Positions 1 to 12,589 are shown, counted from the first letter of the stretch. The stretch: DNA of 64,000 nt from Malacoraja senta (GCA_038087875.1 JAXLNO010000655.1:62001-126000), one strand, 5' to 3'. The notes: generated by a model from the letters alone, not told the origin. Translations and numbers: made by a program.

Positions 1-421
1 CGCTGGTCGGTGCGGACTTGGTTTCTGCGCTGTATTTCCAAACTAAACTAAATCAAATGACTCTCTCCATTGGCACTAGACAAGTTCCCAGACATCTGTC
101 GCTTTGTTAGGTTGCAACACAGCCCTTTTGTTTGGATTACGGCCAAAGGAACCTGGATGAGTAAAAGGGAAGACATTGAACTAGTGTGACCGGGTGATCA
201 ATGATCGGCGTGGACTCGGTCTGTTAGCATGCTCCATCTCTAAACTAAACAGTGTTAAGACAGCAATAAAACAGAAAGAAACCCCAGGAGCATCTTCTAT
301 GGACAACCAAGGAGCAGGGACAGATGCTTTGGCACTCTCTCAACTCGCTCGTCGTCAGATAGTGGACATTTTCCTCCAGGGAAAGACATCTCGATGGGGG
401 AAATGGAGGAACACATCTCAC

Positions 422-704
422 CTGAAGTCATGCGGAACTTAGCTCTCCTCTTCTGATCCTGTTGGATTTCCGCCTCAGCCAGCTTGTCATCGATCTCCAC
501 GCACGGTTGTGTGGGCTGCTGAGCCTCCAGGTAGTCAACGTCCTTCTCCATCCTCTCGATCCTGGATCCCATAACCTCCATCTCATTCTTGAACTCGGTT
601 TTGTAAATGCTCAGTCCATCCAAGCGGAACATGATTTCTTTCCGGAAGTCTCTGAACTCCCTGAGATTCTTGTTCATGTCTTGGTTGCATTTTTCTAGCC
701 TTCC
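422..704 (-). CDS. OLFML1: Olfactomedin-like protein (OLFML1, less likely OLFML3), coding exon 2 (coiled-coil region)
   Basis: Acceptor tttaatccacag|GGA at 704 and donor TCAG|gtgaga at 422 (283 nt, phase 0 to phase 1). Translates GRLEKCNQDMNKNLREFRDFRKEIM...RIERMEKDVDYLEAQQPTQPCVEIDDKL...KFRMTS, matching the OLFML1/OLFML3 N-terminal pattern. The olfactomedin-domain exon would lie left of the window. Paralog choice rests on the TQD/LEKC motifs and the putative SYT9 neighbour. Confidence 0.8.
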
Positions 705-789
705 CTGTGGATTAAAGTGAATTCATGACGTACTGTAATGCCTTTAGTTGTGACTAGCCATTTGAAACATCAAATGACCATACAAGCTT

Positions 790-1385
790 ATAAGGGATGT
801 AATGCTGAAGTTCTATTAGGTGCTGGTCAGGCCACATTTGGAGTATTCTGAGCAATTCTGGGCGCCATATTTGAGGAAGGTTGTGCTGGCGCTGGAGAAG
901 GTCCAGAGGACATCTACGAGAATGATCCCAGGAATGAGTGGGTTAGCATATGATGAGCAGTTCACAGCACTGGGCCTCAACTCGCTGGAGAAGGGACCTC
1001 TTTGAAACTTAACAAATAATGAAAAGCCTGGATAGAGTGGATGTGGAGAGGATGTTTCCACTAGTGGGAGAGTCTGAGACCAGAGGTCATATCCACCAAA
1101 TTAAAGGACGTTCCTTTAGGAAGGAGATGAGGAGGAATTTCTTTCATCAGAGGGTGGCAAATCTGTGGAATTCATTGCCACAGAAGGCTGTGGAGACCAT
1201 CAATGCATAATTTTTAAGGCAGAGATACTTAAATTCTTGATTAGTATAGGTGTCTGGGGTCACAGGACAAAGGGAGGAGAATGGGGTTGAGAGGGAGAGG
1301 TAGATCAGCCATGATTGAATGGCGGAGGAGGCCTGATGGGCTGAATGGCCTACTTCTGCTCCTATCGCTTATGGACATGAACTTA
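790..1385 (+). mobile_element. CR1 LINE 3' fragment
   Basis: Degenerate CR1 ORF2 C-terminus ([38 protein letters not shown]) followed by the 3' UTR seen many times in the window. Confidence 0.85.
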
Positions 1386-1465
1386 TTCTGCACAACAGTT
1401 GTATTGTCATCAGAGATAGCCCGATGCGACTTCACCCAAAATATGAAGAGTAGGATATGATGGTC

Positions 1466-2050
1466 ATTGAGTCATACGGCAAGGAATCAGAACCTTCCAA
1501 CCACGTTGAACAGGCCACGCCGACCAACTTGGAATACTGGGCCCATCCCAATTGCCTGCATTTGGCCTTATCCTCTGAACACTTCCTATCTAAATATCTG
1601 TCCAAATGTCTCTTAAAAGTTGTAATTGTATTCACTTTTATAGCTTCCTTCGACAGCTCATTCCAGATACGGACTACTCTCTGTTTGAAAAAGTTGCCCC
1701 TGACGTCCCTCAATTACAGGAAGGATGTGGGGGCTTTGGAGAAGGTGCAAAAAGGTTGACACGAACTCTTCCTGGATTAGAGGATATAAGCTCTAAGGAG
1801 AGGTGGGACAAACTTGTATTGGTTTTTTTCTGGAGTGTCAATGGCTCAGGGTAGACTTGAATGAAGTATATAAAATTATGAGAAGCAGAAATAGGATAGA
1901 TCTTTCTACCAGGGTGGAAATGTGAAAGACTATAGGGCATAGCTTTAACGTGAGAGGGTCAAGGTTTAAAAGAGATGCTCAGGGCAAGCATTTAGTTGGA
2001 GTGGTGGGTGGTTAGAACATGCTGCCGGGGATGGTGGTGGAAGCAGACAC
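1466..2050. mobile_element. Two adjacent CR1 fragments in opposite orientation (about 1466-1706 minus, 1714-2050 plus)
   Basis: Minus-strand RGNFFKQRVVRIWNEL..TFKRHLDRY; plus-strand YRKDVGALEKVQK. Boundaries approximate. Confidence 0.7.
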
Positions 2051-4020
2051 AATAATATCTTCCTCATTGGTCACCCTCGGACTATCCTTGATCGGACTTT
2101 GCTGTCTTTACCTTGCACTAAACGTTATTCCCTTCTCATGTATCCATGCACTGTAAATGGTTCGGTGGTAATCATGTATTGTCAATCCTCAGACTGGATA
2201 GCACCCAACAAAAAGCTTTTCAATGTACCTCGGTACACATGACAATAAACTAAACTGAACTGATCTTTGGACTTTGTAGATAAGGAAGGATATTTGTCCA
2301 TTCCCTCCGTAGATGCTGCCTGACCCATCGAGTCCCTCCAGCACTTAGTGTTTGGTTCCTGATTCCAGCATCTGCAGTTTCTTGTGACTCCGAAGCATAT
2401 GCTATCTTTGGATTCACTTTGGATAAAAGACGCATGGATATATGCACGGAATGGAGGGATATGGATCATGTCCAAGTAAAGGAGATTAGTTTAAGATGAC
2501 ATCGCGTCTGGTGCGGACATTGTTGGCCTATTGACCTGTCCCAGTATTGCACTGTTCTATGTACACGAACACATTCCACAATTATCTTTAACTTCTTGAT
2601 CTTCTGCAGTCATTATAATAACGATTGAGTGCGAGGAACTGGTTTGCACAGCAGTATGTTTGTGTAGTGGTCAAATTACTCCAAGGATAGTTTGCACTCT
2701 GGGCTATTTAAGCAGGGTTCAGATCCCACCAGAGCAATACAAATTTCAATTCAATTTTGAGCTTTTAAATAAGTCTGGAATTCCAACAATAACATTGCGG
2801 TCTCAGTAATTGTGACCATGAAACTGTTGGATTGCAGTAAAAACTCATCTGGTTCACTAGTGTCCTTCGGGGAAGGAAATAAGGGGAGACGGTAAACATT
2901 GCCACTGCCAGCGATGATCACATGCTGGGAACAAATGGGTATGAAGGAAAGTAACCCTTTCTCGGTTAGAAACTTACTCAAAACAACTGCCAGATGCGAA
3001 GAAATGAATCATTGATTCACCAGTGAAAAACAAAGTGCAGGAGGAACTCAACGGGTCGGGAGTGAGTGGGCAGGCGAAATTTCGGGTCGCGTCCCTTTTT
3101 GAGTCTTCCATCGACCCGATACTTCATCTGTCTGTTTCTCTCCACAGACGCTGCCTGATCCATTGAGTTCCTCCAGCAGTTTGTGTTTTGCTCAAGTTTA
3201 CAACAAGTTTCCTTTCGGTCCTGACCTGAAACACCTTCTGCCTATTCCCTCCACAGATGCTGCCTGACCCGCTGAGGAATTGGACGTACTCCCTTGAGTT
3301 TTAAAGAATGAGAGGTGATCTCATTGAAACATAGATAATTCTCACAGGGCTTGACAGGAGTGATGTGGAGTTGATATTTTGTCCCTCGGGCTGGGGTGTC
3401 CACAACCAATAATTACAATCACAAATTTGGAGATCAAGCTATTCAGGAAAGGGATGAGAAGTATTCTTTTCATCCAGAGGACAGTGAAACTTTGGAATTT
3501 TCTTTCTAGGAGACCAGCGGAGGCTCAGCCACTTGAGAATATCAAAGACAGAGAACAATAGATTTAAGGATATTAAGGAAGTCAGGGGCAAGGGGGATAA
3601 ATTCACTGAGATAAAAGATTAGGATCCTACAAAATGATGAGGTAGGTGAGCAGTTTCTATTCTTCATCTTCTTACATTGTCAGGTGCCTGTAAAAGATGC
3701 CATAATACTACTTTGAAGAAAAGTTGTGGCCATTTACCTGGATGTTTACGTCAACACTTATTCCTCAACTAACGTTACCTGGTCGTTGTCACATAGCTCT
3801 TAATGGGATCCTGCTGTGCCCAGATTGGCTGTGGCATTCACGTTTGGTTTGGGAATAAAACGTTTTCCTTCTGCGTTGATGAATAAACAAATAAATGAAT
3901 AAAGAGGGTCTCTGCCGAGATTGCCATTTGTTGCCCAATGCTTGAAGTCAACTGTGAATGGCCAGTGGTACAGTTAATCGTAAACCAGTATTGACGGAGA
4001 ACTTTGGGGAACATGATCAA

Positions 4021-4358
4021 GGGCGGCACGGTGGCACCATGGTCGAGTTGCTGCCTTACAGCACTTGCACCGCCAGAGACCCGGGTTCGATCCCGACTAC
4101 GGGAGTTGTCTGTACGGAGTTTGTACGTTCTCCCCGTGACCGCGTGGGCTTTCTCCGAGATCTTCGGTTTCCTCCCACATTCCAAAGACGTGCAGGTCTG
4201 TAGGTTAATTGGCTTGGGTTTATATACTTGGTAATAAATGTAAATTGTCCCCAGTATGTGTAGGATAGTGTTAATGTTCGGGGATCGCTGGTCGGCACGG
4301 ACTCGGAGGGCTGAAGGGCCTGTTTCTGTGCTGTATCTCTAAACTAAACTAAACTAAA
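4021..4358 (+). mobile_element. tRNA-derived V-SINE (HE1-like)
   Basis: tRNA-like head (GGCACGGTGGC A-box, GGTTCGATCCC B-box), V-domain GGAGTTTGTACGTTCTCCCCGTG...GGTTTCCTCCCAC, CR1-like tail ending (CTAAA)n. Confidence 0.85.
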
Positions 4359-4384
4359 CCTGATCCTTCCAAGCATTGGCTATT

Positions 4385-4672
4385 CAGTTTAGTTTAGAGA
4401 TACAGCTTGGAAACAGGCCCTTCGGCCCACCGAGTCCGTACAGACCAGCGATCTCTGCACATTAATATTACCCTACACACACTAGGGACAATTTTAATTT
4501 TATACCATCTACAAACCTGCATGTCTTTGGAGTTTGGGAGGAAACCAAAGATCTCGGAGAAAACCTGCGCAGGTCACAGGGAAAACGTACAAACTCCGTA
4601 CAGACCAGCACTTGCAGTCAGGATCGAACCCGGGTCTCTGGCGCTGTAAGGCAGTAGTTGTACTGCTGCACC
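4385..4672 (-). mobile_element. tRNA-derived V-SINE (HE1-like), inverted relative to neighbour
   Basis: Reverse complement of the same family; (TTTAG)n at left end, GGATCGAACC B-box complement at about 4621. Confidence 0.85.
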
Positions 4673-4799
4673 ATGGTATCGCTACCGACCGTTCATCCAA
4701 CCATGCCCCTTCGATTAGACCCATACATTTCCTCTTCCCTACAACCAAAAAAGTAACTGACTAATTCTCTATGGAAATGTTGTTATTGGGCCCAGTACA

Positions 4800-5600
4800 T
4801 TGATGCAGTCATAAAGAAAGCTCATTAATGCCTCTACTTCCTCAGAGGGATGAGGAGATTCCATATGTTGTTGAACATTTCATTGAACTTCTGCAGGTAT
4901 ACGGTAGAGAACACACTGACTTGTGGCATCATGGTCTGGTTCGGCAATTCGAGCGCCCAGGAACGATGGAGGCTATGGGGAGAGTGGTAAATATTGTCCA
5001 GTCCATCACGCATACTGACCTCCCCACCATTGAAAGGATCTATAGGAAGCACTACCTCAAGAATTGGTATTTTCACTGCGTGTAGTTGTAATTATCCTTT
5101 TATAAAAAGGGTATCAAGGGACTGGAGAGTGCTAGACATCGCATGTACTGACCTCCTCACCATCAAAAGGATCTACAGACCGTGCTGCCTTGAAACGGCA
5201 TCCAATATCATCAGAGACCCACACCACTCTGTCCATGCTCCCATCTCACCACTACCATCGGGAAGAAGGCACAGGAACTTGAGAACTGTACATCCAGGTT
5301 CACGAATATCTACCTTCCAGCGACCATCAGGCTCTTAAACACAACACAACACTGCCCACAACCTCTCTCAGCAACTATGATCTACTATAGACTTTGTTTT
5401 GGTTGCACAACATACTATGGTTTTGCCCCTATTATAGTCTGGTTCCCTACAATTACTGATAATCAATTTATTGTACTATTGATTATTGTATATTGTATCT
5501 GGTATTACATTAACAGTTCTGTAAAGTTGCAGCATAATAATTTCATTGTTCCATTGCCAGTACTAAATGCCAGTGAAAAGCTTTTGACTCTTGAAACTGT
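4800..5600 (+). mobile_element. Rex1/Babar-like LINE 3' fragment
   Basis: Degenerate KKAH..LYFLRGMRRF and ASNIIRDPHH..SPLPSGRR..RT motifs typical of the Rex1/Babar RT C-terminus. Boundaries approximate. Confidence 0.65.
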
Positions 5601-5918
5601 TTCACCATCTAATCAGACGGTGACGTCCAAATTACCAAAGGTCGACGTAAAAGAACGCTTCTTCATCTTCCTTCTGGTTTAGAAGCCAATAGTTATAATC
5701 CTGTTTCCTCTGGTTGGTAAACTTTCATCACCAGCTTGATGAAATCCCTTTAAAATAAATCTCCCCCCTGCCGCCTTGCCTGGAATGAAAAATGCTATTG
5801 CTGCTGTGAAATATCACGATTAACCAGAAGAAAGTCACAAACGCCAAGTGATAGAGCAACACGCAGCAAGGAATACCTTTCTTCTTTCAGCCTCTGTTCC
5901 AAGACACAGGTCACTTAC

Positions 5919-6038
5919 CTCAAGGAGCAAGATGCGTCTCTCAATATACTGCATCAGTAATGCATCTTGAGTCATGCGTTGGGCTTGTCCAAACACTTGA
6001 GTTAGAAGCAGCAATGTCAACAGCCTTGGAGATACCAT
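5919..6038 (-). CDS. OLFML1: Olfactomedin-like protein, coding exon 1 (signal peptide)
   Basis: ATG at 6038; MVSPRLLTLLLLTQVFGQAQRMTQDALLMQYIERRILLLE (40 codons, hydrophobic signal peptide); consensus donor GAG|gtaagt at 5919/5918; phase 0 joins exon 2 in frame. Confidence 0.8.
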
Positions 6039-6619
6039 GATTGGGATCCTTCTCCCAGAGACACACGAGAATATAATGAAATGCCAGCCCCCGCTGTTTG
6101 TTTAGGTTGAGGATTCTTAGTTTTCGCTTGACTTGCAGGCAGCCACCAAGTTACAGTCCTTTGAAATTTGTGCAGGGAATGCAGAAAAGCAAATGGATTT
6201 ACAACGTTCAATTTCCCAGATGCTGGAAAGGCAGTACTTGATGACTTAAGCAGACTGACCTCTCCTGCTCTGTGTGAAGGGTGCGTTTGTTCATAGAGTC
6301 AAAGCTTTCTTTCACCACACCATAATTGTTTCCATGTGCTCGGGAATGACTCATGCAGACTCCGAACTGGCCAAATCAAACAGCAAAAGCCACAAAAAAG
6401 AAATAACGGTATTTTAATGACACTGCGGGGACACGGACAAAACCAACACTGCCTCTATAATGGGGTGAAGCGTGTGGAAAATGGTTAAAATGACCCAAAT
6501 TAAACAACAGAATCTGTTATTCAATCGACTCCTGCTAATTGCTTTGAAACATTCTCCTGTTTACTATTGTGGTTAACAGGGGAAACATTTTGTGAAGATT
6601 CTTCAAGGCTGTGTTCCCT

Positions 6620-7071
6620 TGTGTGTGTATTGTGTATGTGTATTTGTGTGCGTGTGCATGTGTCTATGTGTGTGTGTGTATGCGTGTGTTTGTGTTTGTG
6701 TTTGTGTGTGTGTGTTTGTGTGTGCAGTGGCGGACTGGCCAGGGTGTCAGCTTGCCCGATGGCAAGTGGGCCCCTGATGAAGTGGGCCCCTTATATCAAG
6801 TGGGCCCCTGATGAAGTGGGCCCCTTATATCAAGTGGGCCACTGATGAAGTGGGCCCACCTATATCAAGTGGGCCACTGATGAAGTGGGCCCCCTATATC
6901 AAGTGGGCCCCTGATGAAGTGGGCCCCCTATATCAAGTGGGCCCCTGATGAAGTGGGCCCACTTTGTCTCCTGGCAACCAATATTTTTAGACCCAGTCCG
7001 CCACTGTGTGTGTGTGTATTTGCGTGCATATGTCCGTGTTAGTGTGTGTGTGCATGCATGTATGTGTGTGT
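6620..7071. repeat. Imperfect (TG)n microsatellite interrupted by a MITE
   Basis: TG runs at 6620-6724 and 7007-7071. Confidence 0.9.
6725..7006. mobile_element. Non-autonomous hAT-like DNA transposon (MITE) with internal tandem array
   Basis: Perfect 14-bp TIR CAGTGGCGGACTGG / CCAGTCCGCCACTG, flanked by TGTGTGTG on both sides (compatible with an 8-bp TSD, but inside a microsatellite). Twelve AAGTGGGCC motifs at 6764-6964. Confidence 0.75.
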
Positions 7072-7224
7072 GAATGGATAAAGATCTGGTGTGGAACCAC
7101 TAACATCTAATTATATGTTTGACTATTTTGAAGCTATGGCCAGATAAAATAAAAAAAAGTCTGTGTGACTCGTGATTTATTTTTAAATTTGCCTGTTAAT
7201 GGTTTATGTCAGTGATGAATCCAA

Positions 7225-7673
7225 ATGGACTTGCAAGATAAAGTCAAATAAAGTCCGATTAAAGACAGTTCAAAGGGCTCCAATGAGGTAGATGGTAGCT
7301 CAGGACCGGACTCTGGCTGATGAGAGGATGGTTCAGTTATGTGGTGACAGCAGGGAAGAAGCTGTCTGTGAAACTGGAGGTGTGTGTTTTCACACTTCTG
7401 TACCTCTTGCCTGATAGGTTGGGAGAAGAGGGAGTGACCAAGGTAGGACTGGTCCTTGATTATGCTGGCGGCCTTGCTGAGGCAGCGTGAAGTGTAGACG
7501 GAGTCCATGGAAGGGAGGGTGGTTTGCATGATGGTCTGGGCGCATCTATAGAGGGTGGTGAGGGTTGTCGGAAACATGACGAACTTCCGAAGCCTTCTAA
7601 GGAAGTAGAGTTGATGTGCTTTCTTAGCCGTTGCTTCGAGGTTCTTGGTCCAGGACAAATAGCTGGTGATATT
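7225..7673 (-). mobile_element. Rex1/Babar-like LINE 3' fragment
   Basis: LSWTKNLEATAKKAHQLYFLRRLRKF...YTSRCLSKAASIIKD in ORF 7209..7769. Confidence 0.75.
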
Positions 7674-8340
7674 TAGACAATAGACAATAGACAATAGGTG
7701 CAGGAGTAAGCCATTCGGCCCTTCAAGCCACCACCGCCATTCAATGTGATCATGGCTGATCATCCACAATCAGTACCCCGTTCTTTCCTTCTCCCCATAT
7801 CCCCTGACTCTGCTATCTTTAAGAGCCCTATCTTGCTCTCTCTTATCCAGAGAACTGGCCTCCACCCCCTCTGAGGCAGAGAATTCCACAGACTCACAAC
7901 TCTCTGTGAGAAAAAGTGTTTCCTCGTCTCTGTTCTAAATGGCTTACTCCTTATTCTTAAACTGTGTGGCCCCTGGTTCTGGACTCCCCCAACATCGGGA
8001 ACATGTTTTCTGCCTCTAGCGTGTCCAAACCCTTAATAATCTTATGTTTCAATAAGATCCCCTCTCATCCTACTAAACTCCAGAGTATACAAGCCCAGCT
8101 GCTTCATTCTCTCAGCGTATGACAGTCCCGCCATCCCGGGAATTAACCTTGTAAACCTACGCTGCACTCCCTCAATAGCAAGAATGTCCTTCCTCAAATT
8201 AGGGGATCAAAACTGCACACAATACTCCAGGTGTGGTCTCACTAGCGCCCTATACAACTGCAGAAGGACCTCTTTGCTCCTATACTCAACTCTTCTTGTT
8301 ATAAAGGCCAGCATACCATTCGCTTTCTTCACTCCCTGCT
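7674..8340 (-). mobile_element. CR1 LINE 3' fragment with (CTATTGT)n tail
   Basis: Minus strand reads [15 protein letters not shown]...VQRRFTRLIPG; plus strand shows three TAGACAA units at 7674-7694. Interrupts the Rex1 fragment. Confidence 0.85.
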
Positions 8341-8974
8341 CATAAGATTTTTGAACCTAAAGGTTGCATTTCTTTATGGAGGGCTTGGGCACATCCTTGT
8401 AATCCTGTCCTCTGTCCACCAGGTTAAACACTCGCCTGGCAGAGCTTGGAACACAATGCCTGTATCAGGAGCACAGTGTTGGGCATGTGAGAGTCACCGG
8501 GACAGCCAGCTCCACAAAGCTGAGCTCTTCTGCACTTCCCCTGCCTAACCCAGAGTACAAACATTTCATAGTGCCATTTATAGAAAAGAATGCCACTGGG
8601 ACACAAGCACCTTGTTGACTACCTAACATTTTGCTCCTTACTGCAATCATCCATCACCATGCAGTCTCCTGACTGTGAGTGCTGCCTGATTAAATAGATC
8701 AGCCGGTTTCTACTTTAGGTTCTATACTCCCCCAGGCTAACTCAACCTGCAAATGCTTGGTCTCAGGGGCAAGCAAAGTTAATAAAATAAAGAAAAAAAA
8801 GCCTGGCCACACAAGATGATACTCATCACTTGCAATGCGACACATTCAGTTCCAGGATTGGTATTCTTTAACACGGATCAGTTGCACAATGTAATTAATG
8901 TAATATCTCAATATATTAATAAGTATATAATTTTGCAGTGAATGTTTAATGCAGCAATATTTAGCAATGTAAGA

Positions 8975-9217
8975 AGTTTTGCAGCTTTGGAAATAACTCC
9001 TGCTCTGCCGTAAATTAGATGCAAAATGCAGGAGTAACTCAGCGGGTCAGGCAGCATCTCTGGAGAAAAAGGAATAGGTGATGTTTTGGGTCAAAACCCT
9101 TCTTCAGACCCGAGATGTCACCTTTTCTCCAGAGATGCTGCCTGACCCACTGAGTTACACCTGCATTTTGCATCTAATTTACGGCAGAGCAGGAGTTATT
9201 TCCAAAGCTGCAAAACT
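8975..9217. repeat. Long inverted repeat (about 95-bp arms) built on a Penelope-like terminal repeat
   Basis: 8975-9069 is the reverse complement of 9123-9217 with 2 mismatches; the outer 58 bp are perfect. Confidence 0.9.
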
Positions 9218-10067
9218 GACCAGCATTTTGCGTCTATCTTCGGTGTAAATCAGCATCTGCAGTTCCTTCCCACACATTTTCTCTGTTCTGCCAGCAGTGA
9301 CTGGAATTACATTGCACAATTCGGGGAAGGAGTTGACTGGGCCAGAGACCCAGGTTCAATACTGACTGTCTGTGTGAAGTTTGTACGTTCTCCCCGTGAC
9401 CTGCGTGGGGTTTCCCCAGGTGCTCCGGTTTCCTCCCACACTCCAAAGACTTAGTGGTTTGTAGGTTCATTGGTTTTAGTAAAAATTGTAGATTGTCCCT
9501 CGTGTGTTGTGTGTGCTAATGTATTTGGCACGGACTCGGTGGCCGAAGGGCCAGTTTCTCTGCTGTACCTCTAAGCAAAACTAAACTTAATATGTTATGT
9601 CAGAACCACTCTCTAGTTGGTGATAGAATGTTTCATTTGCCTGATAACAGCTGGGAAGAAACTATCCCTGAATTTGGAGGTGTGCGTTTTCATACTTCTG
9701 CACCTTGTGCCTGATGGGAGAGGGGGGAAGAGGGAGTGACCGGGGTGAGACTCGTCCTTGAATATGCTGCTGGCCTTGCCGAGGCAGTGTGAGGTATGTG
9801 AAGTGACAATCCACACTGTGGAAATACATGTACCCACTCATCTTCCTCCCTTTGGCGTGCAGCATGTAGCTGATTTAACAGTAATAACATTAGCACAGTG
9901 TTTTTTCCAATTGGATTCATCACTAACATAAACCATTAACAGGTAAATTTAAAAATAAATCACCAGTCACACCAGTGTAGTGTAACTGATTAAATTAAGA
10001 ACAGGAGCAACTTGGCAACACTTCTTACTCACCGAACACGTGTCTTACTAAGGGTCTATTTGCTTTT

Positions 10068-10378
10068 TTAGTTTAGTTTCGTTCAGAGATACAGCGCGGA
10101 AACAGGCCCTTCCGCCCACCGAGTCCGCACAAACCAGCGATCCCCGCACACTAACACTATCCTACACACACAAGGGACAATTTACACTTCTACCAAGCTA
10201 ATTGACCTACAAACCTGTATGCCTTTGGAATGTGGGAGGAAACCAAAGATCTCGGAGAAAGCCCTCACGGGTCACAGGGCGAACGTACAAACTCCGGGCG
10301 GACAGCACCCGTAGTCGGTATCGAACCCGGACCTCTGGGGCTGGAACGCAGTAACTCTACCATTGTGCCACCGTGCCG
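10068..10378 (-). mobile_element. V-SINE (HE1-like)
   Basis: Full-length reverse-complement copy ending GCCACCGTGCC. Confidence 0.85.
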
Positions 10379-10949
10379 TGTTTTGTAACAGAATCGTTCT
10401 GAGAAATGCTTCCCTGATAGTGCTCATCAACAGGCTTTGATGTACTGTACATTAGTTTTCAAAGACCGTGAATCATCTTGGAGGAATTGTGCGAGTTGGA
10501 ACAATTCCAAAACAGCTCTTTTAACAAACCCATTGATCAGGATCAAACTGCCTCTCTGGCGCTGTGAGGTAGCTGCTCTACCAGTGGCACAGATGGTAGA
10601 GCCACAGCACCAGAGACCCAGGTTTAATCCCGACCTCGAATGCTATCTGTGTGGAGTTTGCACATTTTCCCCGTGACCGTGTGTTCCTGTTTCTTCCCAC
10701 TTCCGAAAGACGTGTGGGTTAATTGGCCTCTGTTAAATTGTCCCTAATCTTGGTAAAATTGTCCTAGAATGTGTTACCTTCAACCCGTACATCAAGAACA
10801 GAGGGATAAATGTATATTAGATCTCCAGGAAAGGCAGACAAGGTCTGGACTTCATTTTGAACCAACCTGCACAACCCTAATCCTACCCCAGCAACAGAAC
10901 ACTACAGATCATCTCTTGCCATGGACTGGTTGAGCTCATTGTATTTTGC

Positions 10950-11610
10950 GTGGCCTTGCCAATGTGCAGGAGGCCACATCGGGAACGCAGGATGTAATAG
11001 GTGAGGTTAGAGGAGGTGCACCTGAATCTCTCTCTCTCCTGGAGGAACTGCTGGGGTCCATGGACGGAGGCGATGGAGGAGGTGTAGAGACAGGTGTTAC
11101 ATTCCCTGCGGTTGTACCGGGGGAGGGGTTGGTCTGGGTGGGAAGGGATGAGTGCACAAAGGAGTTGTGGAGGGAGCGGTCTCTGCAGAAGGTGGAAAGC
11201 GGTGGAGATGGGAAGATATGACTGGTGGTGGGATCACATTGGAGGTGACGGAAATGTCAGAGGGTGGTGTGTTGGATACGGAGACTGGTGGGGTTAAAGG
11301 TGAGGACCAGGGTTACTCCATCTTCGTTCTGTCTGGGGAGAGGGGGAGTGAGAGCAGAACTATGCGACACAGAGGAGATGTGGGTGAGGGATCCATCTAT
11401 GACAGCGGGGGGGGGGGGGGGGGGGCATATTTACCAAACAACGAGGACATCGCGGATGTCCTGGAATGTTAAGCCTCACCTTGGGAGCAGATACGGTGTA
11501 GACAGAGGAATTGAGAGTAGGGCAAAGCATCTTTGCAAGAGGCACGGTAGGAAGAAGTGTGGTCAGATAACGGTGGTAGTTGGTAGGTTTGTAGTAGACA
11601 TGTAGTAGAC
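10950..11610 (-). mobile_element. Penelope-like element ORF remnant (RT thumb, Cys-rich linker, GIY-YIG start)
   Basis: Minus-strand hand translation: VYYKPT..H.YL near 11600 and RECNTCLY...RFRCTSSNLTYYILRSRCGLLHIGK near 10960-11110, a degenerate form of CxTC..FxCxSxNLIYCIxCxxCGLLYIGET. Confidence 0.75.
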
Positions 11611-12589
11611 CATCTGCATAAGGATCTCAACTCGAAATGTCACCTATCCATGTTCTCCAGAGATGCTGCCTGTCCTGCTGAGGTACTCCAGTACTTTGTG
11701 TCCTTTTGTGTAGTAGACCTGACTTGACGTGGTTTCTACCTGTACACACAAAGTGGAATCCAAGAGCAGGGGGTTTCATGGTTTCTAGATCTCCGGGGAA
11801 TGCAGACGAGGCCAGGACTTCAGAGCTGGAGACATGAGTTCGATTCTGCCGTGGACATCACTGTGCGGTGACTGTAACAACAGCAGAATTAGTGGGAATA
11901 GTCCTCAAGACATCTTCGCCATTTAATACAATCATGGCTGATCTGATCTTGGCTCACAAAGAAGGAATCTCCGAGATTCATGAGAAAAGGAAGAACGTTT
12001 GTAGGATGGTGAATCTCAGTGCCTTTTTGGAAAAGGAAATGGGGAATGGGGCTAGCTTAATGAAAGTAACTTAAAGGTCACAATAGATAAGACCAGAGCA
12101 GTAATTAGAGTAGGAAAGTGCTTAGACCGCAAGTTAATTAGAACAAAGAAGGCTAGGTATGGGATTTAGAATGAAGAACTATTCGCAGGATAAGCAAGAT
12201 GTGATAAGGGCGAGAATACAGGCCATCAAGGCTATCGATAAGAACGATTAGAGAATTGCTGTTAGGCTACTTTTGTGTAAATCAATAACCAATGGTCACA
12301 AACCCCAATTAAGAACAGGATTTTGATGATTTATTGTGAAACTAGGATCTGAGTGGAACGATTGTAACACAAACACCATAACATGTAAGATGTGGAATGA
12401 CCAGAGCAACCTATAGAAGTGGACATGATTATGACTTTTAAAAGACATTTGAACAGATATATGGACAGGAAGAGTTTAGAGGGATATGGGTCAAATGCAG
12501 ACAAATGGGTGTTAGAGATTTTGGGGAGAAGGCAGGAGAATGGGGTTGAGAGGGAAAGATGATCAGCCATGATTGAATGCTGGGATGAT

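Noticed and set aside
6567..6845. Cys/Val-rich ORFs
   Set aside because: Translation of the (TG)n microsatellite and MITE.
6774..6951. Repeated CTGATGA as hammerhead or C/D-box motif
   Set aside because: No GAAA box or stem II follows, and there is no snoRNA architecture.
6764..6964. CRISPR-like repeat-spacer pattern
   Set aside because: Spacers are 6-9 nt and alternate between two sequences, the array is inside TIRs, there are no cas genes and the context is vertebrate.
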